Notes: generated by a model from the sequence alone, not told the origin. Counted from the first letter of the stretch, positions 11,965 to 25,736 are shown. The stretch is 64,000 nt of DNA from the human T2T-CHM13v2.0 reference genome, Homo sapiens (GCA_009914755.4 CP086569.2:22464001-22528000), one strand, 5' to 3'. Program-made: numbers and translations.

Positions 11965-14395
11965 CCCAGAGGCAGGTGTCAGTGACAGATGGCTGGGCTC
12001 TTGCCCTCACTGCCTCCCTTCATCCTAAGCCTTGCAGGGGCTCTCTGGGAAAGGCAGGAATCACGACAAAGGGAAGTCCAAGGTGAAGCAGTGTTCTCAT
12101 TCCTCAGACTGGCCTCTCATAGGTGCAGATGAGGTGGAGACAGTCTATCAGAGGCTGTCTGTGGTGATGGCAAGCCTGGAAATGGTGTCCAGTAGTGTCA
12201 CTGTGTGTCACTGTGGATTCCCCAAGAAAGCAAAGAAAAATAGAGGCTCACCTGAGAGAACGAGATGCCTTGTGCTGGAGTCCACACATTGTTCAATGAC
12301 GCCTGTCAGAAGCCTCCTGCAAAGGGCAAACAACCTCAGCCCCCACTATGAGACAATGGTCCACAACCTGGAGTGCAGCCAGCCTACCCCAAGTCCCTTT
12401 TGCTCCCTGAAATCCCTGGCAGCCAAAAGATCTGGGGTGAGAGGCAATGCAATGCAGCAACAACCCAATGAAAGAGCCCCTCCACAATGAGAAAGGACTT
12501 GAAGATGAATTGAAACAGAGGCTAGATTACCAGGCAACACCAGACACAGTGGCCTGCTTCTCATCATACAGGAATCTTGCAGCCCTCTGAAAAAAGTGGG
12601 AGAATAGGAGTTTCCTTGTTTGTGGCTCTAACTGACATTTACAATTTTAAAAGTATCAAAGCTGGCCAGTCATTAAAACGTGACAGTGTTTAGAAGGAAA
12701 CACTCACACAATGGATTCAAATGAGGGTCATCCTCCATGAATTGGGAAGCCTCTATTGTGGTAGACATTTAGACAGACCCAGGAAAACCTAGGCCAGTGG
12801 GGGAAACGGAAGTCAGGAGAAGAGGAGGCAAGTGTGAAGGCCACATCCCACCCAGCATCAATCCATCCCATACCCTTTTAGTTCTGGCTATGACAGCCCT
12901 GAAATCAGGAGTTTGCCAGGATGGCCAAGTATGCACTCCAAATGTTCCCTGCATGCAGAAGTACTCCCAGGCCATGACGTGGATGGCTTGTGCAATTAAG
13001 CAAATGTGGGGATGCTGTTGGAAGCATGCTCTGTGCCATCAGATCTTCACTGTTTTTGCAGGTGAAGGTGCAGGTCTGCATCCAAACCTCACCAGATTAT
13101 ATCCTCACCCCATCTGACCTTATTGCTGCTCACACTGTTTGTCCCAGAATAAAATCCCAAGATGATAGTGGAGTGCACCCTCACAACATGAAGCACCTGC
13201 TCTACTGCGAACCAAATTCCTGGTAAATTCAAGGGGCCCTGCCATCAGGACTGCTAGTGTCTCTTCCTGGGTTGGCCATGGGACAATGAAAGACTGGGCA
13301 ATGTTGCTTCTTGGGTGAGGTGTGCTCCTCTTCTTTTGAGAAGAGTGACTTTTTTTTTGCAGGTGGGGGAGATTTGGACCATAGCAGGTCACAGCCAGCC
13401 TCCCAAATCACTGCAGATTCTTGATCCACAGAAAAATAAAGAATACAGAGCCCCACAGCCCAGGCAGAACCACAGAAACAAGCTACCAAAAGGTTGAGAG
13501 ACAAAAAAAAGCACTGCAGTGTGTTAGCCTAATTTATTTAATTAGACTCCATTTAAAACACACACACACACATCACACAAAGCCACACACACGTGCAGAC
13601 ATCCAAACTTACAACACTCTCACAGAAACTACAGGCCTACAGGTTCTGAGGCTGGGTGGTTCTGCAGGAATCCCAACCTGGGAGAGAACAACACCAAGTA
13701 ACACAGGAGGGCTGTACCAAGAAATCATACAGGGCAAATTTCAAAAAGATTCACCCGTACAACATCTAGGCAGGTCTGAGGCATCCTGCAGATTATTTTG
13801 GATCCTTAGGGATTTTGCAGATTATTCCTGGGGCTCTGTTTGACCTTTCTTCATGATGTCTCACATATGCTCTCTCCAAGGATAATGGGACTATCCTGTG
13901 GATCCCACAGAGAAGACAGGTGAAAGTTCACTGCCGACTCACATACACAGAGATCGCCTTCTCCACCAAGCCTCAGGGACTTGTTGCTAGGCAATGCTGT
14001 CATTCATTGTGATGCTTGCCAGAGCTCACAGCTCTGGCCTGGTGCCAGGAGACTAGTGCATTTGCATTCTTGTCACAGGCTCAGCAGCCCAGCTGTCAGC
14101 ATGCCTAAGCAGAGAAAAATGGTACAGGCAGAGCTGACCTGGTGTTGGGAAAATGGCTGTCTGAGATAATCCACTGAGAGACCCTGAAAGTCTCAACCAT
14201 AGGTTTTCTTCAGGCCATCTTGTTGGTCAGGTTTCACTTGAAGGAGGAGGCATTTCAAGACTGTGAACTGGTCACTGGAAACTGCACTTCTGACTTCATC
14301 CCTGAAAGAGTGCAGAAATCCGGTCCCATGGTGATTGGAATATAGTCTGGTGAGTTGTTGAGGGGTCTCTGGTTCATGGAATCATACCTGAGACC
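11965..14395 (-). repeat. macrosatellite unit R2 (reverse)
   Basis: rc of forward unit; (CA)n at 13556-13595. Confidence 0.75.
13556..13595 (+). repeat. (CA)n microsatellite in unit R2
   Basis: cacacacacacatcacacaaagccacacacacgtgc. Confidence 0.85.
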
Positions 14396-16755
14396 CCAGA
14401 GGCAGGTGTCAACAAAAGATGGCTGTGCCCTGGACGTCACTGCCTGACTTCATCCTGGGCCTCCAGGTGCTCTCTGGGAAAGGCAGGAACCATGACAAAG
14501 GCAAGTCCACGGTGGAGCAGTGTTCTCACACCTCCAACTGGCCTCTCATGGGTGCAGATGAGGTTGAGACAGTGTCTCAGAGGCCATTTGTGGCAATTGT
14601 AAGCCTGAAAAGGGTGTGCAGTAATGCTGTTTAGGGGCAATGTGTATCTTCCATGAAAGCGAAGGAAAATCAAGGCTTGGGTGAGAGAAACAACTGACTT
14701 GTGCTGAAGTCCAAGCAATACTGAAAGATTTCTTTCAGAGGACCCAAAAGCCACCTGCAAAGTGCAAACAACCTCAGTATCCAAAATGAGACCACAATCC
14801 ACAACCTGGAGTGCAGCCAGCTTACCTGAAGTCTCCTTTGCTCCCTGAAGTCCCTGGCAGCTAAAAGATCTGTGGCGAGAGGCAGTCCCATACAGCAACA
14901 GCCCAATGAAACTCCCACTCCACAATGAGCAGTGGCATGCAGGTACAATAAAACAGAGCCTAGATTACCAGGCAAATGCCAGACATGGCTGCCTCCTTTT
15001 CATCCTACAGGAATCATGCAGCCCTCTGATAGAAGTGGGAGAACAAGAGTTTTCCTGTTGGTGGCTGTAATGGGAATTTACAGTTTTAAAATATCACAGC
15101 TGTCCAGTCATTAAAGCGTGACAATGTTTAGAAGGAAACATTCACACAATGGATTCTCATTAGGGTCATCCTTGGTGAACTGGGATACGTTTAGTGTGGA
15201 AGACATTGAGCCAGGCCTAGGCTCCCAGTATGAAAGCCCTCAAATTGGGAGTTTGCCAGGATGGCCCCAGTTTGCACTCCAAATATTCCCTGCATGTTGG
15301 AGTACTCCCACCTGAACACCAGGCCATGGTGTGGACTGCCTGTGCAGTTAAGAGAATGTGGGGATGCAGTTGGAAGTACTTCTGTGTAATCTGCCTTTAC
15401 TTTTTCTCAGATTGCATGCACACCCCTAACCGACCTTACTGTTGCTCACACTGTGTCCCAGAATGAAATCTCAAGATGATAGAGGAGTGCCCCCTGATGA
15501 CGTGAAGCTCCTACTCAGCTGAGAACTGAATTTGATGTAAACTCAATGGGCCCTGAGGATAGGAATGTTAGTATCCATCCCTGGGTTTGCCACAGGACAA
15601 TGAAACACTAGATGTCTGTTCATGGGTGTGGTGTGCTCCTCTTCTTTCTGGAAAAGTGGCTTCTGTTGCAGGGGAAGGTGATTTGGACCCTGGCAGGTCT
15701 CAGTCAATCTCCCAATTCACTATAAATTCATGATCCACAGAAGAACAAAAAACACAAGGCTCTACAGCCCAAGGAGAGCCACAGAGACAACCCACCAAAA
15801 GTTTGGGAGAATCAAAAAAATGAAGGGCTGAAGTGCTTTAGGCACATTTTTTTAAAGCAGACTCCACTTACAGGCATACACATACAGACACACACAAACA
15901 CACACACACAAAACACACACACACACAGCCACTCGCACAGGCAGATATCCAACAATTACAACACTACCACAGAAACGCACAGCCCGGTAGGTTCTGAGGC
16001 TGCCTGGTTCTGCAGACAGCCCCACCTCGGAGACAGCAACTTCGAGGAATACAGGTGGGCTGTACTTAGAAATAACAGTTGGGCAAGTTTCAAAAAGACT
16101 CACCCCTACAACGTGTAGGCAGGCCTGAGGCGTCCTGCAGATCCTTTTGGATTCTTAGGGATTTCGTGATTTACTCTTGGGGCTCTCCTTGAGGTTTCTT
16201 CAGGCTGGCTCATGTCTGCCTTCTCTTAGGATCATGGGACTATCCCGTGGGTCCTACAGAGAAGACAGGCGAGAGACCACCGCTATCGCACCCCCACGGA
16301 GGTCTCCTTCTCGGCCAAGCCACAGGGACTTGCGGCTAGGGAAAGGAGGCATTTATTGTGACGTTAACCAGAGCTCACAGCTCAGGCCCTGTGCCCTAAG
16401 ACTAGCGCATGTGCATTCGCGATGGAGGCTCCCGCGCAAGGCTTTCAGAACTGTCAGCCTGTCTATGCAGAGGAAAATGACAGGCAGAGCCTGACTGATA
16501 TTGGGGAAAAGGCTGTCTGCGAAAACCCACTGAGAGACCCTGAAAGTCTCAAATTTAGGGCCCCTTCGTGTCATCTCCATGGTCCGGTCGCGCTGGAGGT
16601 CGAGCCGTTTCGCCACTCTGAGGTCATGGCTGAGAAATGCTCTTCTGACTCCATTATTGAAAGAGGTTGTGTGCAAGAATTGGGTCCATGGGGATTGGAA
16701 TATAGTCTGGTGTATTGTTGAGGGTTCTTTGGGTGATAGAATCATACCTGAGACC
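14395..16755 (-). repeat. macrosatellite unit R3 (reverse), CpG-rich copy in its 16230-16700 segment
   Basis: rc of forward unit; (CA)n at 15885-15928. Confidence 0.75.
15885..15928 (+). repeat. (CA)n microsatellite in unit R3
   Basis: cacacacaaacacacacacacaaaacacacacacacacag. Confidence 0.85.
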
Positions 16756-18135
16756 CCAGAGGCGGGCGTCATCAAAATATGGCCAGGCTCTTGACCTCAC
16801 TGCCTCCGTTCATCCTGGGTCGCACAGGGGCTCTCCGGGAAAGGCAGGAACCACGACAAAGGCAAGGCCAAGGTGAAGCAGTATTCTCAAACCTCAGACT
16901 GGCATCTCATGGGTGCAGATGAGGTTGAGAAGGTGTCTCAGAGGCCGTCTGTGGTGACGGCAAGCCTGAAAAGGGTGTCCAGTGGTGCTGTTGAGGGTCA
17001 CTGAGGATTTTCTATGAAAGCAAAGAGAAATTAAGGCTTGCCCAAGAGAATGATCTGCCTTGGGCTGGAGTCCAAGCAATGTTCAATGATTCCTGTCAGA
17101 GGACCCAATAGCCTCCTGCAAAGTGCAAATAACCTCAGCACCCACAGTGAGAGAATGACCCACAACCTGAAGTGCAGCCAGCCTACCCAAATTCCCTTTT
17201 GCTCTCTGCAATCCCTGTCAGCTAAATAATCTATGATAAGAGGCAGTCCCACCGAGCAACAGCCCAAAGAAAGAACACTTCCACAATGAGAAGGCCATGC
17301 AGATGAAATAAAACAGGGGCTGGCTAGATTACCAGGCAAAAGCAAGACGCGGGTGCCTGCCTCTCATCCTACAGGAATCATGCAGCCATTTGATAGAAGT
17401 GAGAAAACAGGAGTTTCCTTGTTTGCGGCTGTAGTGAGAATTTATGGTTTTAAAAGTGTCAAAGCAGCCCAGTCATTAAAATGTGACAGTGTTAAGAAGA
17501 AAACACTCACACAATGGATTTCCATGAGGCTCATTGTCTGTGAAGTGGGAAATGTTTAGTGTGGAAGTTTTTGAGCCAGAACCAGGAAACCCTAGGCTAG
17601 TGAGGAGCACGGAAGTAAGGAAAAGAAGAGGCAAGTCTGGAGGCCACATCCCACCCAGCATCAATGCATTCCACTCCCATTTGGCTCTGGACATGAAAGC
17701 CCTCAAATAGGGTATTTGCCAGGATGGCCTCAATTTGCACTCCAAATGTTGCTTGCACATTGGAGCACTCCCACCTGAATACCGAACCCTGATGCTGACT
17801 GCTTGTGCAATTAAGGGAATGCAGGGATGGAGTTGGAAGCACCTTCTGTGTCATCTGTCTTCATTTCTTTGCAGGTGAAGTTGCAGGACTGTATCCACCC
17901 CTCACCAGGTTGTATCCTCACCTGTATGTTAATGTATTGCTGCTCACACTCTATGTCCCAGGATGAAATCCCAAGATGATGGAGGACTGCCCCCTCAAGA
18001 TGTGAAGCACCTGATCATCTGGGAACTGAATTCGAGGTAAATTCAAGGGACTCTGCAGACATCCAACACTCACAACACTCCCATGGAAACACACTGCCCG
18101 GCAGCTCATGAGGCTGTGTGGTTCTTCAGGAAGCC
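16755..18135 (-). repeat. macrosatellite terminal partial unit R4 (reverse) with ~330-bp internal deletion at ~18050; array ends ~18135
   Basis: At 18050 sequence 'ggtaaattcaaggg.ctctgcagac' (unit ~1200) is joined directly to 'gcagacatccaacactca' (just past the (CA)n) via shared 'gcagaca'. Non-repeat sequence begins ~18140. Confidence 0.65.
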
Positions 18136-21100
18136 CTAAACTACTCCAGATTTCAATCTGTCTGCTCCATTGATCTTGCTTTTGTCAAGGTCTTCAGTGA
18201 CTTCCACATTTCTAATTTTCCTAGGGAAAACAATGGGGAGAATTTTATAAAACACACATAGAAATAAAGCAAATTGTATTTGACTGGTTACAATTATACA
18301 GTTGTCTCATTTGATCTATCCCATTGGAAAATCTTAATTATGTAAGTTCCTTAACTGCTTCTGATTGGTTGATATACATTCTGTTTTTCTGTGATATAAA
18401 CATTAGAAGAAGTAGCTCAAGTTAGTTTTGCTTATGTTTGCAAATCAAGCAAGATTGAAGTTACTTATGAGGCCTAACTTTGTTTTTCATCTAAGAGATT
18501 CTTCAGGCCCAGTCTCTATTTTAATTTGTTTCAGCATCAGTTGACCTGTTGTCCTCGATGTGTTTATTTTGTTTGTTTTGATTTTTACCTTTTTATTTTA
18601 ATATAAAACTCTGATATGGAAAACACACAACACAAGTGTATGGTTTTATTTCTGCCCCACAGATATAAAGCAACAGAATATTGCCAACCAAACTAGTGTT
18701 CCAATGCAGATGTCTTGTCCAAATCACCATTCCCTTTAGGACTTTTCACAATACTGAGACATTTGTCTGTGTTATTAGGAAGCCACTCAGTGGCCAATGA
18801 AGAAATGAAAACCAAAGACAGTTAGACTAAGAAGAAATACATAATGAATCTAGGTCTCGAAGAAGGCAGGAGTGGAAAGAATCAGGTAAATTCTACATCA
18901 TTGACAAGGTTTAGTCTCAGAAAAAAGAAATTTCTCTTACTGCAATTAAGAGAAAAGAGATGACAAGACAATTTCGTTCAAACTGTCATTTAACAAACAT
19001 TTATTAAGCTCCTATTAACTGGCAGTAGTGTAGAAAGCACTAGAGAAAGATTTTAATGGGAAAATAAACTTTACTTGGGCTCTCCTGCTTGATGGACTTA
19101 ATCACTTTGAAAAAGGAGGAGATGAGGTTGTGGTTCTCAGTAAAAGCTGTTTAGGGAATTCTAGATTTGGACATTTGAAGAGTGAGAACACAATTTCAAA
19201 AAGCTACAGTAGAGAAAGCCCTACAGAATCAATATATTTTCTGCACAGGACTCTGGATAGAGGCAAGCCTAGCATTTTGTTTTAAAAACTAACCTTGGAA
19301 GTCTTATATCGGACATCACAGTGAATCCAGTTGATTCTTATTTTTAAAATTGCACCTGCCATTGGAGTGATGCCAAAACACACATACCAAATTAAAGCAC
19401 AAACACCAATAAAACATAACAGGAGCAGAATGCTGCAAACTCAATTGCTTATCAAAAAACTATTAGCTTTAAAATGTTAGCATGTCAGGAAACAATTTCC
19501 TTCTACTAACATCAGCTTTGAAGATCAGCTAATCAGAAATACATAGAATTAGAACAGGCAGTGAATTCAATAAAGTAGATCTTGCAGTAAAATAAACTTT
19601 GCTCCAGGCCCATGCTGTTGGGATTAGAAAGGCATCATCAGGCACATGTCTGCAGATCAGAGGTCTCAGCCAGTGATAATTCTGGTATTTACAGTCCACC
19701 TATTATAACTTAAGTCATCTTTTTAAATATCTTATTTGTTATAATATTTAATTTTCTCTTTAAGAGTGCTGAGCACTTTAGAAATAAACTAGGATGCCAG
19801 AACACTTTAGAAATAAACATATCTGAATAAGCTAGCCAGTGGGACTTCTTTTGTGTTTTCATTTCTTTCAGCAGGATTTTTTTTTCTTTAAGTACTTTCC
19901 TTCTGTTCTCATAAGTTAATCTGCATTTGTGATTTTGGAATTTTGCAGAGTGGAATGTGATTGCTGAAGTCTTAATCAACATTCAGGCTGACAGAACAGT
20001 TGAACAAGCTATTATGTTTTGTGCAGAGAGATAGATTTATTGTAAATGCTCTGGGCTCTCTGAAAAGTTGGGAGAATAGGACTTTGAAACTAATGAGGGT
20101 GTCAAAGTTTGGTTTTAGATTCCTGTATAATTGAGAGAACTGCAAAGATGACTTGGGGAAGAGTTATTTATAATATCATTGAATGGAAGTTAAAAAGGAC
20201 AGTATCTTACTTTAAATATGATATGTTTTGTAATTATTAACTGAATCATAGAATTTGAATTGAATGAGATTTCATAAGGCAATCAGTCTAGTGATTTCCC
20301 AATACTGATTTCCAGACAGACATAAGACTGGGATAATATTTTCACTAATTCATAGCAAAATTAAAAAAATAAGATAACAATATAGACAGGTATTCAATGA
20401 AGCTAGGTTTATTTGATTTTAATCTTAATATTAAATTCTTTTTATTTTTAGTCCTAAAATACTCTTTCTTCTTTGAGATGACAGATGTATATGGTGAGAT
20501 GTATAAAGTGCTCTTGGTTAGATTAAATGAAACAATCATTGTTCTTTTGGAAATTGGAGTAGGGCTGATATGAAGCTAGACTAGGAAGCAGGCAGCATTT
20601 GGTTTGAAGACCAAGATATTGTTGTGCCTGAGCTCTTTTCTTTTTCTATGGTACTCAATATCCTCATTTTTCTATGCAGTTTACAATGTCATTTTGTTCC
20701 CTACTCCGTTCTCTCCTAAATAGAAACCAGCTTTGAAAAAGTATCAGCTTTTAGCCATTTATCCAACTCAAAGGCAAACTGAGAGTGAACTGTAGGTGCT
20801 AGAAACCACAATCCACTGCTCTCAATTTTATTTTCTCATGTACGTTAATCTCTCCCTCTCTACCAGCTCAGTATACATATACAACTGTGATCTAAATTCT
20901 TATATTGCTTTCATAAATTAGAATTTTTCCCATTGTTTATCCCCCTGCCACCTACCCCTCATTTCTTTTCTCCACTAAACACACAGTACCCACTTTCCTC
21001 ATTTCTTCCCTCTCACTATTCAGTTCAGTTCAATTTGGTTTTGTTCTCATTTCACTGGAACTGCTTTTATCAAGAACAGCATCACCATTTGTACTATTAA

Positions 21101-22640
21101 AACTGCTGGTTACTTTACGATGTTCCTCTTACTCCAATTCTCGACATTATTCTGCACATTAGCAACTCTCTGTTCTTCAAACACAGAACTATGCCAAAAT
21201 TGTCCTATTTTAGAGCCTTGGCAGCTGTTTTTTTTTTCTGCTTTTCAAATGGTTGATCTTTCTGATATATCAAATAAGACTTCCTTGGAGAAATCTTCAC
21301 TTAGTACCCAAAACACAGTAGTTCTGTGTATTACACCAACCATCACTACTCTCTGTTACTCTCTTTCAGCATCCCCAAATTTCCTTCACATCATTTACAA
21401 GTGCTTGTGTCTTTTATTTTTTAACTGTCTCTCCCTGTACATCAAGGTTTATGAAGTCAGGGACCATTAATCCCATATTCATTGTTATACCTCCAGAACC
21501 CAGCACAGTGGTTGTTTCATAGTAGTTTTTAAATAAAGATTTGTTGAATAATTTGATGGATAGATGAATGCCAAGAATCCCACAATATTTATTTTTTACT
21601 AGCCTCAACTTAAAAACTCATGCTAAGACTTTTATACTTTACCTTTGCAATGATTCTCACATCTTTCTCTTTCTTCTAGTCCTTGCTTCCACTTTCCTTG
21701 CCCAGGCCACCATCATCATTAGTTTAACCATTTAATAAAACTCATAACTCACCTCCTGTCTTCTTTTGCTGATCTTCATTTTGTCTTATAACCTTCCTGA
21801 AACTTTGATCTTATTTTCCTATGGAAAAGGAAACAAAATAAAAAAAAAACTCCCTTTTGTGCAGACAGTTTCTTCTAAACTTTCTATCCTGGCATTTATG
21901 GTCCTTCAAGACCTGGCTTTAGCTGATACCAGCTGTAAGTAATCATAATATCCCATGAATTTGCCTAGCTATTTTTTTTGTGTGTACTTCTCTTTTGAAA
22001 TTTTGTGACTCAATCTTGTGTTATTACACCATTTAATAGAATGAGAACATGTTGAGGACATATAACATGGTATGTTTTTCTAATCTCAGCACTTAACACA
22101 GTTTTTGATACACACAAGCTCTATACATATTTACTGAATAAATCATTGTGTGACCCTCTTCTTGAAGTTCTATGTTCAGTAACAAAGAGAATATAGAATA
22201 TAAAAACGATTAATTGCAAACTCTATATAGTGTTTGGGTTTAACTAAAACATTGATTTCTGTACATTTTGTTTAAGGCAATGGATATAACTTATTCTCTG
22301 TGCTAATATTAAAGATTGTTGTGCATCTGATGCCTGAAGTTTCCTGAGCCAAAAGAGGAAAAATCTTCTCCTTAGAAATTCTTCAACTGAGAGGCCATCC
22401 AATCAATTAGAAGACCCTCAGCAAAAAACCTGTTGACGTATGTGGCCTTTTCCACAGAAAGATCTGCAAGATATGAAGAGAACAATAGCCTCAGGCAGTA
22501 CACTCAGCAGATCAGACTGTAAAATGTGAAAAAACCCACTCTGAACATTTCTAGCATAGGCTGGCTCCCTGCAGGTCCTGATATTGACCCTGAAGCATGC
22601 TGCTTAGACTTCCATTGCAGATGAAATAAGTGGCCAAACA

Positions 22641-22670
22641 TGTATGTATGTGTATGTATGCGTGTATTTT

Positions 22671-22730
<60 letters not shown>

Positions 22731-22732
22731 CA
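22641..22732 (+). repeat. compound microsatellite (TGTA)n-(CA)n-(TA)n
   Basis: tgtatgtatgtgtatgtatg ... (ca)~24 at 22674-22722 ... atatatata. Confidence 0.95.
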
Positions 22733-22734
22733 TA

Positions 22735-23040
22735 TGAGACAGAGCCTCCCTTTGTTTCCCAGACTGGACTGGATTTCAGCAGCTCAATCTCTGTGCACTG
22801 GAGCCTCAACCTCCTGAGCTCAACTGATCCTCCTGAGAAATTCTCTAGCCTTATCTTCCTGAGTAACTGAGACCACAGGCACACACCACCAGGCCTGGAT
22901 AATATTTTGTATTTTTTTGTAGAGACAGGGTTTCACCATAGTTTCAAGCTGGTCTGGAACACCTCACTTCAAGTGATCCACCCACCTCAGCCTTGAAAAA
23001 TGATGGGATTACAGGTGTGAGCCACTGCACCCTACCACAC
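22735..23040 (-). mobile_element. Alu SINE (antisense orientation)
   Basis: 'gagacagagcctccc..ttcccagactggactgg..' rc-Alu body, ends '..gggattacaggtgtgagccactgcaccc'. Confidence 0.85.
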
Positions 23041-23074
23041 ATATTTCTAAATATTTTAAAATATTAATTTTGGC

Positions 23075-23420
<346 letters not shown>

Positions 23421-23989
23421 TTACTTTCATGGATTATTGTTCTTAACCTAGTAGTTTTCAATTTTGAATGCATATTAATGTTACCTGTCAAGCTTTCAAA
23501 AGTTCAGATGTCCAGGATCCATTGATCGCCATACATTCTGATTTAATTGGTCTGGGATAGATCCCAGATGTGGTATGCCTTTTGTAAACTCCCCCAGTAA
23601 ATCTAAGCTTTTTCTATGATTGAGAAGCATTTATACTCATTGAAGGCTGCCATTCTGCTGTAAGTTACTAAGGAATCAAATAATTGATGTAGTTGAGGGG
23701 CTTTTTGTTTCATTCTAACATTGATTTTTCTTTTATGAAGCTGTAAGCTTGAGGTTTGAGCACTCCACATTCAACATCTACAGTGAATGCTAGTGAAACC
23801 TTACAGTCAGAACGTTCAATAGTATTCCACTAGGTACTAGCTGTTCCAGTTGTATTTGTTAACAGTTAGAAGATGGTGGACATGATGTCCATAATTTTAA
23901 TCAATCATGGTCTTGTCTCTGAGTAAACAAAGTGCATGACTGATATTTGTGATACTTCATGCTGTATCCCAGGCTATCTTCTTATCTTC

Positions 23990-24292
23990 TATTTTTTCTT
24001 TTTCTTTTTGAGGTGGAGTTTCACTCTTGTTGCCCAGGCTGTAGTGCAATGGCGTGTTGTCATCTCACTGCAACTTCCGCCTCCCAGGTTCAAACAATTC
24101 TCCTGTCTCAGCCTCCTGAGTAGCTGGGGTTTCAGGCACCTGCCACCATGCCTGGCTACTTTTTCTGTTTTTAGTAGTGAGGGGGTTTTGCCATTTGGGC
24201 CAGGTATATCTGGAACTTCTGACCTCAGGTGATCCACCTGCCTGGGCCTCCCAAAGTGTAGTATTACAGGTGTGAGCCACAGGGCCCAGCCT
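23990..24292 (-). mobile_element. Alu SINE (antisense)
   Basis: 'tttgaggtggagtttcactcttgttgcccaggctgtagtgcaatggcg..' to '..ggtgtgagccacagggcccagcc'. Confidence 0.85.
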
Positions 24293-24769
24293 TCTATTTT
24301 CATCTTATACTATGACTGGTTAATCTTCCAGCTTATGCACCTTGAATTATGTTTTAGTCACGTTGATTCCAATAATGCACAAGCTTTTGTGTCTCCAGGT
24401 GCTTGCACATGCTGTTTCCTCTGTTTGGACTCCCCTTCCCTTCTTGTCTGCCTAAAACATTCCTACTGACTCTCCTATATCAAGAGCTCTTGATGATGCA
24501 CATTCTGTATTAGTAAGTAAAATATATGTGTATTTTTGTTATGTAAATTTTTATTGAAAGAATCATCATAAATTTCGTTACATCCTTAAAAAGGGTCTGT
24601 GACCCCATAAATATTAAGATTCATTTGTTTCTGCCTTTAGTCAAATGTGACACAATGAAAGGATACTCTGAGACCTCGTTGTTTTCAACTGCCCAAAACA
24701 AGTTATCTGTCACAGATATTCTGTCCCCTTTCTCAGTTTTTATGGCACTTTACATATCCCTCCTTTTTT

Positions 24770-25072
<303 letters not shown>

Positions 25073-25736
25073 GTACATATCTCTCTTTGTACATCATTTT
25101 TATTTGTCTCCCTTTGGACTGAAGGCAGAAACAAGGTCTTATTCACATTTGATCCCAGAACTTAGCACAAATAGATCATTTTAGCTGGGAGAATGTTGAC
25201 GCTTAAGTCAACTTGCCTGGAATTTAAAGGTTTTCATATACTAAAGTTCTGAGGATACAGTGCTTTCATCTTCTAACTGTTACTCATACATTTCAATTTC
25301 TGACCAGTCATTGCCCTTTTTCAGGTAACAATGTGAATACCAAGAAATACAACATTTCTCCATAATAAAATATGAAAATCTTGAGCTGTGATAGTTTGAC
25401 ACAAACAGAATTAGTGTGGTGCTATCTTCTTCTCCAAGATAATTTCTTCCAATACTTAAATTATATGTGTTATAGAAAGAAAAGAAATAAATAAAACTAA
25501 GGGGAATAAATTGTTGGCAAAATAATTTAATAAAAAGTCTCAGAAGTTAATGATGCTCAATTTGTAGATTAAAAGGCTAGCACCTAGAAAAACAGAAGAA
25601 AATAGACTCATCTCAAGATATATCAGTGTAAAATTTGAGAACGCTGAAAACAGAGAAAATTGTATGTTTCCAGAGGGGCAAAAATAGGTCAGGTACAAAG
25701 GATGAGGAATCAGATGATTTAAAAATTTTCAGCACT

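Larger units (their letters stand above)
9385..11965 (-). repeat. macrosatellite unit R1 (reverse), carries (AAG)n expansion
   Basis: rc of forward unit; (AAG)n at 10946-11033; (CA)n at 11085-11152. Confidence 0.75.
1..18135. repeat. Macrosatellite tandem array, unit ~2.4-2.5 kb, ~7.4 units in two blocks of opposite orientation (fwd 1-8205, rev 8213-18135)
   Basis: Same landmark motifs recur with a ~2.4-2.5 kb period. The 'ccatgggacc..cagtttcca..' motif is at ~99, 2540, 5020 and 7420 on + and as reverse complement at ~9320, 11895, 14325 and 16685. The unit-start motif 'ctctggg.tctcaggt' is at 15, 2468, 4949 and 7349, and as rc 'cctgagaccccagagg' at 9385, 11965, 14395 and 16755. Inter-unit identity is roughly 80-85% by eye. 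Family identity not established; could be SST1/MER22-type. Confidence 0.85.

Noticed and set aside
1-18135. Possibility that the 2.4-kb array is the DAZ intragenic 2.4-kb repeat, DYZ2, or 5S rDNA
   Set aside because: DAZ: no 72-bp DAZ exon-7 coding motif (GYQLPVYNYQ) on either strand of a unit. DYZ2: it is AT-rich and Alu-containing, unlike these units. 5S rDNA: no 5S rRNA gene sequence present.
1-18135. Regular spacing of repeats as a CRISPR-like array
   Set aside because: Units are 2.4 kb, mutually diverged and in a primate genome with Alu/L1/ERV context. Not a prokaryotic CRISPR locus.
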